DNA of 64,000 bases from Bugula neritina (taxonomy: Eukaryota; Animalia; Bryozoa), in the NCBI GenBank assembly GCA_964035545.1, contig OZ037771.1, positions 9,986,480 to 10,050,479 of the forward strand, written 5' to 3'. The position numbers were made by a program, and so were the translations under genes. This document shows positions 48,066 to 64,000 of this stretch, piece after piece. Below the pieces are notes generated by a model. It was given only the letters and a program-made list of their open reading frames with translations. It did not search any database and was not told the origin of the DNA. How positions within the stretch are numbered: the first letter of the stretch is position 1; the number at the start of each line of letters is the position of its first letter.

Positions 48066-51000
48066 TGCTGCAACATACTGAAATATACTGCAACATACTG
48101 CAACATACTGAAGTGCACTGTAACATACTGTAACTTACTGAAATACACTGCAACAAACTGTAACATACTGAAACACACTGAAACATACTGAGACATACTG
48201 AAATACACTGCAACATACTGAAACATACTGAAATATACTGAAATATACTGAAATACACTGTAACACATTGAAAAATACTGCAACATACTGAAAGACACTT
48301 CAACTCACTGAAGTATAGTGTAATATACGGAAATGTACTGTAACATACTGATATTTACTGTAACACACTGAAATATACTGCAACATACTGAAATACACTG
48401 TAACATACCGAAATAAACTGCAACATAATGCAACATACTGAATAACACTGTAACATACTAAAATACACTGCACTATTCTGCAACATACTTCAACGTACTG
48501 AAAGACACTGTAACATAATGAAATACACTGCAACACATTGAAGTATACCGCAACAGACTGGAATATACTGCAACACATCCAAGTACATCGTAATATACGG
48601 ACATGTACTGTAACATACAGGAACATACTGAAACATACTGCAACATTCTGAAGTACACTGTAAAATATTGAAATACACTGCAACATACTGCAACATACTG
48701 AAATACACTGTAACATGATGTAGTACACTGCAACACATTGAAATATACTGCAGCAAACAGAAATATACTGCAACATACTGAAATGTACTGCAACATACTA
48801 AAATACATTGCAACATATCGAAGTATATCGTAATAAACGGACATGTACTGTAACATACTGAAACACACTGAAACATACTGAAACATACTGAAACATACTG
48901 TAACCTCGTGAAATACACTGCAACACATTGAAATATACTGCAACAAACTGAAATATACTGCAACATACTAAAACGTGCTGCAACATACTGAAATACATTG
49001 CAACATATCGAAGTATATCGTAATATACGGACATGCACTGAAACATACTGAAACATACTGAAACATACTGAGATACACTGCAACATACTGCAACATACTG
49101 AAATACACTGTAACACGATGAAATACACTGCAACACATTGAAATATACTGCAACAAACTGAAATATACTGCAACATACTGAAACGTACTGCAACATACTG
49201 AAATACATTGCAACATATCGAAGTATGTCGTAATATACGGACATGTACTGTAACATACTGAAACACACTGAAACATACTGAAACATACTGAAATATACTG
49301 AAATATACTGAAATACACTGTAACACATTGAAAAATACTGCAACATACTGAAACACACTTCAACTCACTGAAGTATAGTGTAATATACGGAAATGTACTG
49401 TAACATACTGATAATTACTGCAACACACTGAAATATACTGCAACATACTGAAATACACTGTAACATACCGAAATAAACTGCAACATAATGCAACATACTG
49501 AATTACACTGTAACATACTAAATTACACTGCAACATTCTGCAACATAGTTCAACGTACTGAATACACTGTAACATAATGAAATACACTGCAACATACTGC
49601 AACATACTGAAGTACACTGTAAAATATTAAAATACACTGCAACACATTGGAATATACTGCAACACACTGAAATATACTGTAACATACTGAAACATGAGCA
49701 ATATACTGAAAGACGCCTCAACATACTCAAATACACTGCAAGAAACTGCAACATACGTAAATACACTGTAACATACTGAAATACACTGAAACATACTGCA
49801 ACATACTGAAGTACACCGTAAAATATTCAAATACACTGCAACACATTGAAATACACTGCAACACACTGAAATATACTGCAACATACTGAAATGTACTTCA
49901 ACATAATGAAAAACACTGCAACATATCAAAGTATATCGTAATATACAGACATGTACTGTAACATACTGAAACATCCTGAAACATACTGAAACATACTGAA
50001 ACATACTGAAACATACTGAAATACACTGTAACAAACTGAAATACACTGCAACAAGTTGGAATGTACTGCAACATACCCAAGTATATGGTAATATAATGAA
50101 ATATACTGCAACATACCGCAACATACTCAAAAACACTGTAACAAACTGAAATACGCTGCAACACATTGGAATAAACTGCGACATATCCAAATAAATGGTA
50201 ATATACTGAAATATATTGAAATACACTGTAACACATTGAAAAATACTGCAACATACTGAAACACACTACAACTCGCTGAAGTATAGTGTAACTTACTGAA
50301 ATGTACTGTAACATAATGATATTTACTGCAACACACTGAAACATACTGCAACATACTGAAATACACTGTTACATACTAAAATACACTGCAACATACTAAA
50401 ATACACTGCAACAATCTGCAACATTCTGCAACATACTTCAACATACTGAAAAACACTGTAACAAACTGAAATACGCTGCAACACATTGGAATATACTGCA
50501 ACATACCCAAATAAATGGTAACATACTGAAATATACTGAAATACAATGTAACACATTGAAAAATACTGCAACACACTGAAAGACACTACAACTCACTAAA
50601 GTATAGTGTAATATACGAAAACGTACTGTAACATACTGATATTTACTGCAACACACTGAAATATACTGCAACATACTGAAATACACTGTTACATGCCAAA
50701 ATAAACTGCAACATACTGCAACATACTGAAATACACTGTAACATACTCAAATACACGGCAACATTCTGCAACATATTGAAATATACTGCAACACACTGAA
50801 TTATACTGCGACACATCCAAGTAGACTGTAATATACGGACATGTACTGTAACATACTGAAACAAAATGAAATATACTGGAACACTCTGAGTAATACTGCA
50901 AAATGCTGAAATATACTGTAACACAGTGAAGTATACTGCAAAATTCTGAAACATACTGCAACATACTAAAACATGAGCAATATACTGAAAAATGCCTCAG

Positions 51001-52834
51001 CATACTCAAATATACTGCAAGATGCTGCAACATACGTAAATACACTGTAACATACTGAAATACACTGCAACATACTGCAGCATACTGAAGTACACTGTAA
51101 AATATTGAAATACACTGCAACACATTGGAATATACTGCAACACACTGAAATATACTGCAACATACTGAAATATACTGCAACATACTGCAACATACTAAAG
51201 TGCACTGTAACATACTGTAACTTACTGAAATACACTGCAACAAACTGTAACATACTGAAACACACTGAAACATACTGAAACATACTGAAACATACTGTAA
51301 CATACTGAAACACACTGAAACATACTGAAACATACTGAAATATACTGAAATATACTAAAATACACTGGAACACATTGAAAAATACTGCAACATACTGAAA
51401 GACACTTCAACCCACTGAAGTATAGTGTAATATACGGAAATGTACTGTAACATACTGATATTTACTGTAACACACTGAAATATACTGCAACATACTGAAA
51501 TACACTGTAACATAACGAAATAAACTGCAACATAATGCAACATACTGAATTACACTGTAACATACTAAAATACACTGCAACATTCTGCAACATACTTCAA
51601 CGTACTGAAAGACACTGTAACATAATGAAATACACTGCAACACATTGAAATATACCGCAACAGACTGGAATATACTGCAACACATCCAAGTACATCGTAA
51701 TATACGGACATGTACTGTAACACACTGGAACATACTGAAATACACTGCAACAAACTGTAACATACTGAAACACACTGAAACATACTGAAACATACTGAAA
51801 CATACTGTAACATACTGAAACACACTGAAACATACTGAAACTTACTGAGACATACTGAAATACACTGCAACATACTGAAACATACTGAAATATACTGAAA
51901 TATACTAAAATACACTGTAACACATTGAAAAATACTGCAACATACTGAAACACACCACAACTCACTGAAGTATAGTGTAACTTACTGAAATGTACTGTAA
52001 CATACTGATATTTACTGCAACACACTGAAACATACTGCAACATACTGAAATACACTGTTACATACTAAAATACACTGCAACATACTAAAATACACTGCAA
52101 AAATCTGCAACATTCTGCAACATACTGAAATACACTGTAACAAACTGAAATACGCTGCAACACATTGGAATATACTGCAACATACCCAAATAAATGGTAA
52201 CATACTGAAATATACTGAAATACAATGTAACACATTGAAAAATACTGCAACACAGTGAAAGACACTACAACTCACTGAAGTATAGTGTAATATACAAAAA
52301 TGTACTGTAACATACTGATATTTACTGCAACACACTGAAATATACTGCAACATGCTGAAATACACTGTTACATGCCAAAATAAACTGCAACATACTGCAA
52401 CATACTGACATACACTGTAACATACTCAAATACACTGCAACATTCTGCAACATATTGAAATATACTGCAACACACTGAAATATACTGCAACACATCCAAG
52501 TAGACTGTAATATACGGACATGTACTGTAACATACTGAAACATACTGAAACGTACTGAAACAAAATGAAATATACTGTAACCCTCTGAGTAATACTGCAA
52601 AATGCTGAAATATACTGTAACACAGTGAAGTATACTGCAAAATTCTGAAACATACTGCAACATACTAAAACATGAGCAATATACAGAAAAATGCCTCAGC
52701 ATACTCAAATATACTGCAAGTCGCTGCAACATACATAAATACACTGTAACATACTGAAATACACTGCAACATACTGCAGCATACTGAAGTACACTGTAAA
52801 ATGTTGAAATACACTGCAACACTTTGGAATATAC

Positions 52835-55800
52835 TGCAACACACTGAAATATACTGCAACATACTGAAATATACTGCAACATACTGCAACATACTGAAGT
52901 GCACTGTAACATACTGTAACTTACTGAAATACACTGCAACAAACTGTAACATACTGAAACACACTGAAACATACTGAAACATACTGAAACATACTGTAAC
53001 ATACTGAAACACACTGAAACATACTGAAACATCCTGAGACATACTGAAATACACTGCAACATACTGAGACATACTGAAATATACTGAAATATACTGAAAT
53101 ACACTGTAAGACATTGAAAAATACTGCAACATACTGAAAGACACTTCAACTCACTGAAGTATAGTGTAATACACAGAAATGTACTGTAACATACTGATAT
53201 TTACTGTAACACACTGAAATATACTGCAACATACTGAAATACACTGTAACATACCGAAATAAACTGCAACATAATGCAACATACTGAATTACACTGTAAC
53301 ATACTAAAATACACTGCAACATTCTGCAACATACTTCAACGTACTGAAAGACACTGTAACATAATGAAATACACTGAAACACATTGAAATATACCGCAAC
53401 AGACTGGAATATACTGCAACACATCCAAGTACATCGTAATATACGGACATGTACTGTAACATACTGGAACATACTGAAACATACTGCAACATTCTGAAGT
53501 ACACTGTAATATATTGAAATACACTGCAACAAACTGCAACATACTGAGGTACACTGTACATATTGAAAAACACTGCAACACACTGAAATATACTGCAACA
53601 CACTGAAATATACTGCAAAATACTGAATTATACTTCAACATACTGCAACATACTGAAAGACACTACAACTCACTGAAGTATAGTTCAATATACAGAAATG
53701 TACTCTAACATACTGATATTTATTGTTACACACTGAAATATACTACAACATACTGAAATACACTGCAACATACCGAAATAAGCTGCAACATACTGCAACA
53801 TACTGAAGTACACTGTAACATGATGTAGTGCACTGCAACACATTGAAATATACTGCAACAAACTGAAATATACTGCAACATACTGAAATGTACTGCAACA
53901 TACTGAAATACATTGCAACATATGGAAGTATATCGTAATAAACGGACACGTACTGTAACATACTGAAACACACTGAAACATACTGAAACATACTGGAACA
54001 TACTGAAACATACTGAAATACACTGCAACATAATGCAACATACTGAAACATACTGTAACATTATGAAACACACTGCAACACATTGAAATATACTGCAACA
54101 ACCTGAAATATACTGCAACATACTAAAACGTACTGCAACGTACTGAAATACATTGCAACATATCGAAGTATACCGTAATATACGGACATGTACTGAAACA
54201 TACCGAAACATACTGAAACATACCGAGTTACACTGCAACATACAGCAACAGACTGAAATACACTGTAACATGATGAAATACACTGCAACACACTGAAATA
54301 TACTGCAACACACTGAAATATACTGCAAAATACTGAAATATACTTCAACATACTGCAACATACTGAAAGACACTACAACTCACTGAAGTATAGTGCATTA
54401 TACAGAAATGTACTCTAACATACTGATATTTAATGTTACACACTGAAATATACTACAACATACTGAAATACACTGTAACACATTGAAATACACTGCAACA
54501 CATTGAAATATACTGCAACAAACTGAAATATACTGCAACATACTGAAACGTACTGCAACATACTGAAATACATTGCAACATATCGAAGTATGTCGTAATA
54601 TACGGACATGTACTGTAACATACTGAAACACACTGAAACATACTGAAACATACTGAAATATACTGAAATATACTGAAATACACTGCAACACATTGAAAAA
54701 TACTGCAACATACTGAAAGACACTTCAACTCACTGAAGTATAGTGTAATATACGGAAATGTACTGTAACATACTGATAATTACTGCAACACACTGAAATA
54801 TACTGCAACATACTGAAGTACACTGTAACATACCGAAATAAACTGCAACATAATGCAACATACTGAATTACACTGTAACATACTAAATTATACTGCAACA
54901 TTCTGCAACATAGTTCAACGTACTGAATATACTGTAACATAATGAAATACACTGCAACATACTGCAACACACTGAAGTACACTGTAAAATATTAAAATAC
55001 ACTGCAACACATTGGAATATACTGCAACACACTGAAATATACTGTAACATACTAAAACATGAGCAATATACTGAAAAATGCCTCAGCATACTCAAATATA
55101 CTGCAACATTCTGCAACATACTTCAACGTACTGAAAGACACTGTAACATAATGAAATACACTGCAACACATTGAAATATACCGCAACAGACTGGAATATA
55201 CTGCAACACATCCAAGTACATCGTAATATACGGACATGTACTGTAACATACTGGAACATACTGAAATACACTGCAACAAACTGTAACATACTGAAACACA
55301 CTGAAACATACTGAAACATACTGAAACATACTGTAACATACTGAAACACACTGAAACATACTGAAACATACTGAGACATACTGAAATACACTGCAACATA
55401 CTGCAACATACTGAAATATACTGAAATATACTGAAATACACTGTAACACATTGAAAAATACCGCAACATACTGAAAGACACTTCAACTCACTGAAGTATA
55501 GTGTAATATACGGAAATGTACTGTAACATACTGATATTTACTGTAACACACTGAAATATACTGCAACATACTGAAATACACTGTTACATGCCAAAATAAA
55601 CTGCAACATACTGCAACATACTGAAATACACTGTAACATACTCAAATACACTGCAGCATTCTGCAACATATTGAAATATACTGCAACACACTGAAATATA
55701 CTGCAACACACTGAAATATACTGCAAAATACTGAAATATACTTCAACATACTGCAACATACTGAAAGACACTACAACTCACTGAAGTATAGTGCAATATA

Positions 55801-58800
55801 CAGAAATGTACTCTAACATACTGATATTTAATGTTACACACTGAAATATACTACAACATACTGAAATACACTGTAACATACCGAAATAAGCTGCAACATA
55901 CTGCAACATACTGAAATACACTGTAACATGATGAAGTACACTGCAACACATTGAAATACACTGCAACAAACTGAAATATACTGCAACACATCCAAGTAGA
56001 CTGTAATATACGGACATGTACTGTAACATACTGAAACAAAATGAAATATACTGTAACACTCTGAGTAATACTGCAAAATGCTGAAATATACTGTAACACA
56101 GTGAAGTATACTGCAAAATTCTGAAACATACTGCAACATACTAAAACATGAGCCATATACTGAAAAATGCCTCAGCATACTCAAATATACTGCAAGATGC
56201 TGCAACATACGTAAATACACTGTAACATACTGAAATACACTGCAACATACTGCAGCATACTGAAGTACACTGTAAAATATTGAAATACACTGCAACACAT
56301 TGGAATATACTGCAACACACTGAAATATACTGCAACATACTGAAATATACTGCAACATACTGCAACATACTAAAGTGCACTGTAGCATACTGTAACTTAC
56401 TGAAATACACTGCAACAAACTGTAACATACTGAAACACACTGAAACATACTGAAACATACTGAAACATACTGTAAGATACTGAAACACACTGAAACATAC
56501 TGAAACATACTGAGACATACTGAAATACACTGCAACATACTGAAACATACTGAAATATACTGAAATATACTAAAATACACTGGAACACATTGAAAAATAC
56601 TGCAACATACTGAAAGACACTTCAACCCACTGAAGTATAGTGTAATATACGGAAATGTACTGTAACATACTGATATTTACTGTAACACACTGAAATATAC
56701 TGCAACATACTGAAATACACTGTAACATACCGAAATAAACTGCAACATAATGCAACATACTGAATTACACTGTAACATACTAAAATACACTGCAACATTC
56801 TGCAACATACTTCAACGTACTGAAAGACACTGTAACATAATGAAATACACTGCAACACATTGAAATATACCGCAACAGACTGGAATATACTGCAACACAT
56901 CCAAGTACATCGTAATATACGGACATGTACTGTAACATACTGGAACATACAGAAATACACTGCAACAAACTGTAACATACTGAAACACACTGAAACATAC
57001 TGAAACATACTGAAACATACTGTAACATACTGAAACACACTGAAACATACTGAAACATACTGAGACATACTGAAATACACTGCAACATACTGCAACATAC
57101 TGAAATATACTGAAATATACTGAAATACACTGTAACACATTGAAAAATACCGCAACATACTGAAAGACACTTCAACTCACTGAAGTATAGTGTAATATAC
57201 GGAAATGTACTGTAACATACTGATATTTACTGTAACACACTGAAATGAACTGCAACGTACTGAAATACACTGTTACATGCCAAAATAAACTGCAACATAC
57301 TGCAACATACTGAAATACACTGTAACATACTCAAATACACTGCAACATTCTGCAACATATTGAAATATACTGCAACACACTGAAATATACTGCAACACAC
57401 TGAAATATACTGCAAAATACTGAAATATACTTCAACATACTGCAACATACTGAAAGACACTACAACTCACTGAAGTATAGTGCAATATACAGAAATGTAC
57501 TCTAACATACTGATATTTAATGTTACACACTGAAATATACTAAAACATACTGAAATACACTGTAACATACCGAAATAAGCTGCAACATACTGCAACATAC
57601 TGAAATACACTGTAACATGATGAAGTACACTGCAACACATTGAAATACACTGCAACAAACTGAAATATACTGCAACATACTGAAATGTACTGCAACATAC
57701 TGAAATACATTGCAACATATCGAAGTATATCGTAATAAACGGACATGTACTGAAACATACTGAAACACACTGAAACATACTGAAACATACTGAAACATAC
57801 TGAAATACACTGCAACAAACTGCAACATACTGAAACATACTGTAACATGATGAAAAACACTGCAACACATTGAAATATACTGCAACAAACTGAAATATAC
57901 TGCAACATACTGAAACGTACTGCAACATACTGAAACTAATTGCAACATATCGAAGTATATCGTAAAATACGGACATGTACTGTAACATACTGAAACACAC
58001 TGAAACATACTGAAACATACTGAAACATACTGAAACATACTGAGATACACTGCAACATACTGCAACATACTGAAATACACTGTAACATACTGAAATATAC
58101 TGCAACATACTGCAACATACTGAAGTGCACTGTAACATACTGTAACTTACTGAAATACACTGCAACAAACTGTAACATACTGAAACACACTGAAACATAC
58201 TGAAACATACTGAAACATACTGTAACATACTGAAACACACTGAAACATACTGAAACATCCTGAGACATACTGAAATACACTGCAACACACTGAAATATAC
58301 TGCAACATACTGAAATATACTGCAACATACTGCAACATACTGAAGTGCACTGTAACATACTGTAACTTACTGAAATACACTGCAACAAACTGTAACATAC
58401 TGAAACACACTGAAACATACTGAAACATACTGAAACATACTGTAACATACTGAAACACACTGAAACATACTGAAACATCCTGAGACATACTGAAATACAC
58501 TGCAACATACTGAGACATACTGAAATATACTGAAATATACTGAAATACACTGTAAGACATTGAAAAATACTGCAACATACTGAAAGACACTTCAACTCAC
58601 TGAAGTATAGTGTAATACACAGAAATGTACTGTAACATACTGATATTTACTGTAACACACTGAAATATACTGCAACATACTGAAATACACTGTAACATAC
58701 CGAAATAAACTGCAACATAATGCAACATACTGAATTACACTGTAACATACTAAAATACACTGCAACATTCTGCAACATACTTCAACGTACTGAAAGACAC

Positions 58801-59594
58801 TGTAACATAATGAAATACACTGAAACACATTGAAATATACCGCAACAGACTGGAATATACTGCAACACATCCAAGTACATCGTAATATACGGACATGTAC
58901 TGTAACATACTGGAACATACTGAAACATACTGCAACATTCTGAAGTACACTGTAATATATTGAAATACACTGCAACAAACTGCAACATACTGAGGTACAC
59001 TGTACATATTGAAAAACACTGCAACACACTGAAATATACTGCAACACACTGAAATATACTGCAAAATACTGAATTATACTTCAACATACTGCAACATACT
59101 GAAAGACACTACAACTCACTGAAGTATAGTTCAATATACAGAAATGTACTCTAACATACTGATATTTATCGTTACACACTGAAATATACTACAACATACT
59201 GAAATACACTGCAACATACCGAAATAAGCTGCAACATACTGCAACATACTGAAGTACACTGTAACATGATGTAGTGCACTGCAACACATTGAAATATACT
59301 GCAACAAACTGAAATATACTGCAACATACTGAAATGTACTGCAACATACTGAAATACATTGCAACATATGGAAGTATATCGTAATAAACGGACACGTACT
59401 GTAACATACTGAAACACACTGAAACATACTGAAACATACTGGAACATACTGAAACATACTGAAATACACTGCAACATAATGCAACATACTGAAACATACT
59501 GTAACATTATGAAACACACTGCAACACATTGAAATATACTGCAACAACCTGAAATATACTGCAACATACTAAAACGTACTGCAACGTACTGAAA
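52835..59594 (+). repeat. dispersed duplication: ~52835-54148 copied at ~58281-59594 (offset 5446)
   Basis: Identical translations 53146/58592, 53685/59131 and 53743/59189. The copies share private variants such as ctgtaagacattg and tagttcaata. Confidence 0.85.
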
Positions 59595-62500
59595 CTAATT
59601 GCAACATATCGAAGTATATCGTAAAATACGGACATGTACTGTAACATACTGAAACACACTGAAACATACTGAAACATACTGAAACATACTGAAACATACT
59701 GAGATACACTGCAACATACTGCAACATACTGAAATACACTGTAACATGATGAAATACACTGCAACACATTGGAATATACTCCAACAAACTGGAATATACT
59801 GCAACATACTGAAATGTGCTGCAACATACTGAAATATACTGCAACATACTGAAATGTACTGCAACATACTGAAATACATTGCAACATATTGAAGTATATC
59901 GTAATAAACGGACATGTACTGAAACATACTGAAACATACTGAAACATACTGAAACATACTGAAACATACTGAAATACACTGTAACAAACTGAAATACACT
60001 GCAACAAGTTGGAATATACTGCAACATACCCAAGTATATGGTAATATAATGAAATATACTGCAACATACCGCAACATACTCAAAAACACTGTAACAAACT
60101 GAAATACGCTGCAACACATTGGAATAAACTGCGACATATCCAAATAAATGGTAATATACTGAAATATATTGAAATACACTGTAACACATTGAAAAATGCT
60201 GCAACATACTGAAACACACTACAACTCGCTGAAGTATAGTGTAACTTACTGAAATGTACTGTAACATAATGATATTTACTGCAACACACTGAAACATACT
60301 GCAACATACTGAAATACACTGTTACATACTAAAATACACTGCAACATACTAAAATACACTGCAACAACCTGCAACATTCTGCAACATACTTCAACATACT
60401 GAAAAACACTGTAACAAACTGAAATACGCTGCAACACATTGGAATATACTGCAACATACCCAAATAAATTGTAACATACTGAAATATACTGAAATACAAT
60501 GTAACACATTGAAAAATACTGCAACACACTGAAAGACACTACAACTCACTGAAGTATAGTGTAATATATGAAAACGTACTGTAACATACTGATATTTACT
60601 GCAACACACTGAAATATACTGCAACATACAGAAATACACTGTTACATGCCAAAATAAACTGCAACATACTGCAACATACTGAAATACACTGTAACATACT
60701 CAAATACACGGCAACATTCTGCAACATATTGAAATATACTGCAACACACTGAAATATACTGCAACACATCCAAGTAGACTGTAATATACGGACATGTACT
60801 GTAACATACTGAAACAAAATGAAATATACTTTAACACTCTGAGTAATACTGCAAAATGCAGAAATATACTGTAACACAGTGAAGTATACTGCAAAATTCT
60901 GAAACATACTGCAACATACTAAAACATGAGCAATATACTGAAAAATGCCTCAGCATACTCAAATATACTGCAAGATGCTGCAACATACGTAAATACACTG
61001 TAACATACTGAAATACACTGCAACATACTGCAGCATACTGAAGTACACTGTAAAATATTGAAATACACTGCAACACATTGGAATATACTGCAACACACTG
61101 AAATATACTGCAACATACTGAAATATACTGCAACATACTGCAACATACTAAAGTGCACTGTAACATACTGTAACTTACTGAAATACACTGCAACAAACTG
61201 TAACATACTGAAACACACTGAAACATACTGAAACATACTGAAACATACGGAGACATACTGAAATACACTGCAACATACTGAAACATACTGAAATATACTG
61301 AAATATACTAAAATACACTGGAACACATTGAAAAATACTGCAACATACTGAAAGACACTTCAACCCACTGAAGTATAGTGTAATATACGGAAATGTACTG
61401 TAACATACTGATATTTACTGTAACACACTGAAATATACTGCAACATACTGAAATACACTGTAACATACCGAAATAAACTGCAACATAATGCAACATACTG
61501 AATTACACTGTAACATACTAAAATACACTGCAACATTCTGCAACATACTTCAACGTACTGAAAGACACTGTAACATAATGAAATACACTGCAACACATTC
61601 AAATATACCGCAACAGACTGGATTGTACTGCAACACATCAAAGTACATCGTAATATACGGACATGTACTGTAACATACTGGAACATACTGAAATACACTG
61701 CATCAAACTGTAACATACTGAAACACACTGAAACATACTGAAACATACTGAAACATACTGTAACATACTGAAACACACTGAAACATACTGAAACATACTG
61801 AGACATACTGAAATACACTGCAACATACTGCAACATACTGAAATATACTGAAATATACTGAAATACACTGTAACACATTGAAAAATACCGCAACATACTG
61901 AAAGACACTTCAACTCACTGAAGTATAGTGTAATATACGGAAATGTACTGTAACATACTGATATTTACTGTAACACACTGAAATATACTGCAACATACTG
62001 AAATACACTGTTACATGCCAAAATAAACTGCAACATACTGCAACATACTGAAATACACTGTAACATACTCAAATACACTGCAACATTCTGCAACATATTG
62101 AAATATACTGCAACACACTGAAATATACTGCAACACACTGAAATATACTGCAAAATACTGAAATATACTTCAACATACTGCAACATACTGAAAGACACTA
62201 CAACTCACTGAAGTATAGTGCAATATACAGAAATGTACTCTAACATACTGATATTTAATGTTACACACTGAAATATACTACAACATACTGAAATACACTG
62301 TAACATACCGAAATAAGCTGCAACATACTGCAACATACTGAAATACACTGTAACATGATGAAGTACACTGCAACACATTGAAATACACTGCAACAAACTG
62401 AAATATACTGCAACATACTGAAATGTACTGCAACATACTGAAATACATTGCAACATATCGAAGTATATCGTAATAAACGGACATGTACTGAAACATACTG

Positions 62501-64000
62501 AAACACACTGAAACATACTGAAACATACTGAAACATACTGAAATACACTGCAACAAACTGCAACATACTGAAACATACTGTAACATGATGAAAAACACTG
62601 CAACACATTGAAATATACTGCAACAAACTGAAATATACTGCAACATACTGAAACGTACTGCAACATACTGAAACTAATTGCAACATATCGAAGTATATCG
62701 TAAAATACGGACATGTACTGTAACATACTGAAACACACTGAAACATACTGAAACATACTGAAACATACTGAAACATACTGAGATACACTGCAACATACTG
62801 CAACATACTGAAATACACTGTAACATGATGAAATACACTGCAACACATTGGAATATACTGCAACAAACTGGAATATACTGCAACATACTGAAATGTGCTG
62901 CAACATACTGAAATATACTGCAACATACTGAAATGTACTGCAACATACTGAAATACATTGCAACATATTGAAGTATATCGTAATAAACGGACATGTACTG
63001 AAACATACTGAAACATACTGAAACATACTGAAACATACTGAAACATACTGAAATACACTGTAACAAACTGAAATACACTGCAACAAGTTGGAATATACTG
63101 CAACATACCCAAGTATATGGTAATATAATGAAATATACTGCAACATACCGCAACATACTCAAAAACACTGTAACAAACTGAAATACGCTGCAACACATTG
63201 GAATAAACTGCGACATATCCAAATAAATGGTAATATACTGAAATATATTGAAATACACTGTAACACATTGAAAAATACTGCAACATACTGAAACACACTA
63301 CAACTCGCTGAAGTATAGTGTAACTTACTGAAATGTACTGTAACATAATGATATTTACTGCAACACACTGAAACATACTGCAACATACTGAAAAACACTG
63401 TTACATACTAAAATACACTGCAACATACCAAAATACACTGCAACAACCTGCAACATTCTGCAACATACTTCAACATACTGAAAAACACTGTAACAAACTG
63501 AAATACGCTGCAACACATTGGAATATACTGCAACATACCCAAATAAATGGTAACATACTGAAATATACTGAAATACAATGTAACACATTGAAAAATACTG
63601 CAACACACTGAAAGACACTACAACTCACTGAAGTATAGTGTAATATATGAAAACGTACTGTAACATACTGATATTTACTGCAACACACTGAAATATACTG
63701 CAACATACTGAAATACACTGTTACATGCCAAAATAAACTGCAACATACTGCAACATACTGAAATACACTGTAACATACTCAAATACACGGCAACATTCTG
63801 CAACATATTGAAATATACTGCAACACACTGAAATATACTGCAACACATCCAAGTAGACTGTAATATACGGACATGTACTGTAACATACTGAAACAAAATG
63901 AAATATACTGTAACACTCTGAGTAATACTGCAAAATGCAGAAATATACTGTAACACAGTGAAGTATACTGCAAAATTCTGAAACATACTGCAACATACTA
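55095..64000 (+). repeat. mosaic HOR region with overlapping offsets 1689, 4738 and 3079 bp
   Basis: ORF-track pairs 55123/56812 and 55538/57227 (1689); 56622/61360 and 57227/61965 (4738); 60080/63159 and 60596/63675 (3079). Confidence 0.8.
58085..58505 (+). repeat. 220-bp local tandem duplication
   Basis: tgaagtgcac at 58121 and 58341; the rare variant catcctgagac at 58257 and 58477. Confidence 0.85.

Larger units (their letters stand above)
26446..64000 (+). repeat. 10-bp satellite array, right arm (same family and orientation; continues beyond window end)
   Basis: Same monomers and same variant modules as the left arm. It resumes with ttggaatatactgcaacatacccaag, exactly where the left arm was interrupted. 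Confidence 0.99.

Noticed and set aside
375-63996. Hundreds of minus-strand ORFs (61-558 aa) rich in C, S, V, Y, F, Q, M and L
   Set aside because: They overlap in all three frames and are direct translations of the 10-bp repeat. They frameshift at 9-bp monomers and show no recognisable domain or codon structure.
1-64000. CRISPR-like array (conserved cassettes separated by variable sequence)
   Set aside because: The intervening sequences are themselves satellite monomers and are repeated many times. There are no unique spacers and no cas genes.
1-64000. Telomeric repeat or identity with a named satellite such as the Drosophila 10-bp Prodsat (AATAACATAG)
   Set aside because: It has no G-rich telomere-type motif, and the monomer differs from Prodsat. 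I cannot assign it to a named family or species from the sequence alone.

Overview
The window is almost entirely one tandem satellite DNA array, probably eukaryotic heterochromatin. It is built on a 10-bp monomer (consensus CATACTG[A/C/T]AA, with common TACACTG/TATACTG variants) that runs in the same orientation throughout. Variant monomers are arranged into ~200-500 bp modules. These modules are re-amplified as nested higher-order repeats and duplications with offsets of about 210, 220, 1689, 2358, 3037, 3079, 3318-3328, 3456, 4316, 4738, 5446, 12020 and 29733 bp. The only non-satellite sequence is a 756-bp non-autonomous DNA transposon (MITE-like) at 25690-26445. It has 19-bp perfect terminal inverted repeats starting CACAG, a 2-bp TT target-site duplication and two internal boxes repeated exactly 180 bp apart. 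Six empty copies of its target site occur elsewhere in the window. I can support no protein-coding or RNA gene: the hundreds of minus-strand ORFs are translations of the repeat. I could not identify the species and see no gene-based novel system. The points of interest are the transposon, the array architecture and a recurrent CpG-containing, CENP-B-box-like motif.
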